NCBI GenBank assembly: GCA_029259155.1 | Contig: JAPDJI010000043.1 | Location: forward strand, 1 to 26,741 | Source of the DNA: Candidatus Methanomethylicia archaeon | Lineage (GTDB): Archaea > Thermoproteota > Methanomethylicia > Nezhaarchaeales > B40-G2 | Direction: 5' to 3' | Length of the DNA stretch: 26,741 bases | In this document: positions 24,505-26,741 of the stretch, piece by piece | Layout: each line of letters starts with the position of its first letter | Numbering within the stretch: position 1 is the stretch's first letter | Position numbers and translations under genes: made by a program | The notes under the pieces: generated by a model | Database searches by the model: none | Told to the model about the DNA's origin: nothing | What the model saw: only the letters and a program-made list of their open reading frames with translations

Positions 24505-25942
24505 TGACCGCTATAGGTCTAAGCCTCGCTACCCTGGTAGCGATGCCGACCTCATGGCTAACTAATGAGACACGATCCACGTCTTTATACGCCCGGTCCC
24601 ATTCCTCGGCGAGTACTCTTATGCTGGCTGCTCTGACGGCTATGCCTCTACCCTCAAGCTCGCTCTTAACCTCAGAGCCTCTCACCTTCCTGAGTGCTGC
24701 TTCTCTGGACATCATTCTTCCTGCTCCGTGAGCTGTCGAGCCGAAGCTTATCTCCATGGATTTGGGTGTGCCGATCAATAGCCAGGAGGCTGTTCCCATG
24801 CTTCCAGGTATTATCACTGGCTGGCCTATCGGCCTATACCAGGAAGGCACCTCTGGATGTCCGGCAGGGAAAGCTCTGGTAGCTCCCTTTCTATGCACAT
24901 AGACTTTCCTTCTACCTCCATTAACCACGTGCTCCTCAACCTTACATATGTTGTGAGCTACATCGTAGATTAGCCTTAGACCTAGACTATCAGCGCTCTT
25001 TTTCAAAACCCTCTCGAAGGCCTCTCTTACCCAATGGGTTATACACTGACGATTAGCCCAAGCGAAGTTGGCTGCACAGGACATGGCAGCGAAGTAGTCT
25101 TCAGCTTCTCTCGACGTAGTGGGCGCGCATGCTAGCTCACGGTCAGGTATAGCTATTTTATACTTCCTTACGGCCATCTCCATGACTCTGAGGTAGTCGC
25201 TGCATACTTGATGTCCTAGTCCACGGCTCCCTGTATGTATCATGACTGTCACTTGTCCCTCGTGGGTTATCCCCATGGTTTTAGCTGCCTCCTCGTTGAA
25301 GATTTTATCGACCACTTGGACCTCGAGAAAATGATTACCGCTACCTAACGTACCCAGCTGTTCTAGGCCTCTATCCTTAGCCCTTGAAGATACCTTGTCA
25401 GGGTCTGCCGCATTCATGCATCCCTTCTCTTCACAGTTTTCTTTATCTTCGCTCCAGCCGTATCCTCGATCGATAGCCCACTCAACGCCCTCGGCCAATA
25501 CCCTTTCAAGCTCTCCTCGGCCAATCCTTATTTTCCCAGTTGAGCCTAGACCTGAAGGCACCAAGGTGTAAAGCATGTCTATGAGCTCTCTTATCTTAGG
25601 TTTCACGTCCTCTAGGTTTAGGTCGGTTTTGAGCAGTCTTACTCCGCAGTTAATGTCATAACCTATGCCTCCTGGGCTTATGACACCTTCGTCAGCATCC
25701 ATCGCCGCTACGCCTCCTATGGGGAAACCATAGCCTTGATGTCCGTCAGGGAGGGTTATTGCCCACTTATAGATGCCTGGTAGATGAGCTACGTTAGCAG
25801 CCTGTTGAAGGGTCATGTCCTCCATCATCTTTCTTATCAACACTTCGTCAGCGTATATCCTAGCAGGAACCCTCATTCCTGACTTGTAGGTTTTAGGTAT
25901 CTCCCAGACGAAACGATCAACTTTATTTAGTGGAATATTCAA
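24494..25942 (-). CDS. rtcB: RtcB RNA-splicing ligase (intein-free)
   Basis: LPDGHQGYGFPIGG, GYDINCG, GSGNHFLE, HTGSRG, AHN, HRKGAT, PGSMG and STAHGAGR; TTG start with GGAGGGG RBS. Confidence 0.97.
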   Translation of the reverse strand: MNIPLNKVDRFVWEIPKTYKSGMRVPARIYADEVLIRKMMEDMTLQQAANVAHLPGIYKWAITLPDGHQGYGFPIGGVAAMDADEGVISPGGIGYDINCGVRLLKTDLNLEDVKPKIRELIDMLYTLVPSGLGSTGKIRIGRGELERVLAEGVEWAIDRGYGWSEDKENCEEKGCMNAADPDKVSSRAKDRGLEQLGTLGSGNHFLEVQVVDKIFNEEAAKTMGITHEGQVTVMIHTGSRGLGHQVCSDYLRVMEMAVRKYKIAIPDRELACAPTTSREAEDYFAAMSCAANFAWANRQCITHWVREAFERVLKKSADSLGLRLIYDVAHNICKVEEHVVNGGRRKVYVHRKGATRAFPAGHPEVPSWYRPIGQPVIIPGSMGTASWLLIGTPKSMEISFGSTAHGAGRMMSREAALRKVRGSEVKSELEGRGIAVRAASIRVLAEEWDRAYKDVDRVSLVSHEVGIATRVARLRPIAVTKG

Positions 25943-26054
25943 GCTATACCCCTCCTTTATGTCAAGTCATGGTTGACTTCGGCTCTCTTAAGCTTACCGC
26001 CCATAGTCAACCTCTATATCTCGGTTAACTTGATGGATAGTAGGTGGAGGGACG

Positions 26055-26741
26055 TTGAAGGTAAAGGCTATAGCCGTTGACGTCGACGGCACAATCACGG
26101 ACGCCAGGATGAAACTTAGTCTTAAGGCAATTTCTGCTATTAGGAGGCTTGAAGCTTCAGGAATACGGGTAATCTTGGCTTCAGGCAACACCCTCTGCGT
26201 AGTGAAGACTCTAGCTACTTACATAGGTTGTTCAGGTGCATGTATTTGTGAAGGAGGAGGAGTGGTGGAGTATCGTGGCGAGATCAGGAAGCTTGGATCT
26301 AGGAACCTTGCGATGAAAGCACTAGCTAAATTAAAGAAGCTTTACGGAAATGCGATCGAAGAAAGCTGGTCTAACCCTTATAGGCTGGTTGACGTGGCCT
26401 TTCACTCCTCCTTAAGTATGGAAGAGCTTTCAAAAGCTCTTAAGAGGGTCAAAGGCGTCAAGCTCCTCTTCAGTGGCTTCGCCTATCACCTGGTAGATGC
26501 CTCCGTGGATAAGGGCAGAGGCCTTAGGGTGGCTGCCGACCTCATGGACATAGACCTCGATGAAGTGGTGGCTGTAGGGGATAGCGACGTGGACATAGAA
26601 CTATTGAAGGCATCAGGTCTTGGTGTAGCCTTAGGGAACGCCCCTAGAAGTTTAAAGAGAGTCGCTGATGTAGTGATTGCTAGATCATATGGAGAAGGCT
26701 TCGCCAAGTTTGGCTCCATGATACTTAAAGGTAAACTTGAG
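26055..26741 (+). CDS. HAD-superfamily (Cof/SPP-like) phosphoglycolate phosphatase, archaeal type; runs off the window end
   Basis: Not in the ORF track (no stop in window). TTG 26055 after GGTGGAGG: MKVKAIAVDVDGTITD...LASGN...EGGG...SGFAYHL...VDKGRGL...VGDSDVD...LGNAP. Confidence 0.9.
   Translation, partial: MKVKAIAVDVDGTITDARMKLSLKAISAIRRLEASGIRVILASGNTLCVVKTLATYIGCSGACICEGGGVVEYRGEIRKLGSRNLAMKALAKLKKLYGNAIEESWSNPYRLVDVAFHSSLSMEELSKALKRVKGVKLLFSGFAYHLVDASVDKGRGLRVAADLMDIDLDEVVAVGDSDVDIELLKASGLGVALGNAPRSLKRVADVVIARSYGEGFAKFGSMILKGKLE

Noticed and set aside
25994-26719. Two minus-strand ORFs in the track (25994-26191, 26486-26719)
   Set aside because: Antisense to the clear HAD phosphatase starting at 26055.

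Overview
Archaeal DNA (about 50% GC, AGG/ATA-rich codons, TATA boxes and GGAGG/GGTG RBS). Gene content (LysW pathway, aKMT-like lysine methyltransferase, PAC2 chaperone, RtcB) points tentatively to a thermophilic Thermoproteota/TACK lineage. The centrepiece (about 7.7-19.0 kb) is an anaerobic aromatic-ring reduction locus. It has a class I, bzd-type ATP-dependent benzoyl-CoA reductase in the order bzdN-O-P-Q, then ferredoxin bzdM, a large BzdV-like Fe-S flavo-oxidoreductase and a small uncharacterised CxxC protein. Transcribed divergently are a Zn-dependent dehydrogenase (Had/BzdX-like), a 3-hydroxyacyl-CoA dehydrogenase and a crotonase, followed by a third, orphan CoA-activase ATPase. The bzdP gene is much more GC-rich than its neighbours. 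The left part holds the 3' end of lysK, a decayed accessory patch (intact antitoxin, truncated VapC, probable cmr4 remnant), lysW-lysX and housekeeping genes. The right part holds a PAC2 chaperone with an HbYX tail, aKMT, CutA, an Hrq1/MrfA-like helicase with an unusual C-terminus, RtcB and a partial HAD phosphatase. No tRNA, rRNA, CRISPR array or transposase was seen. All calls are by motif recognition; no database searches were run.
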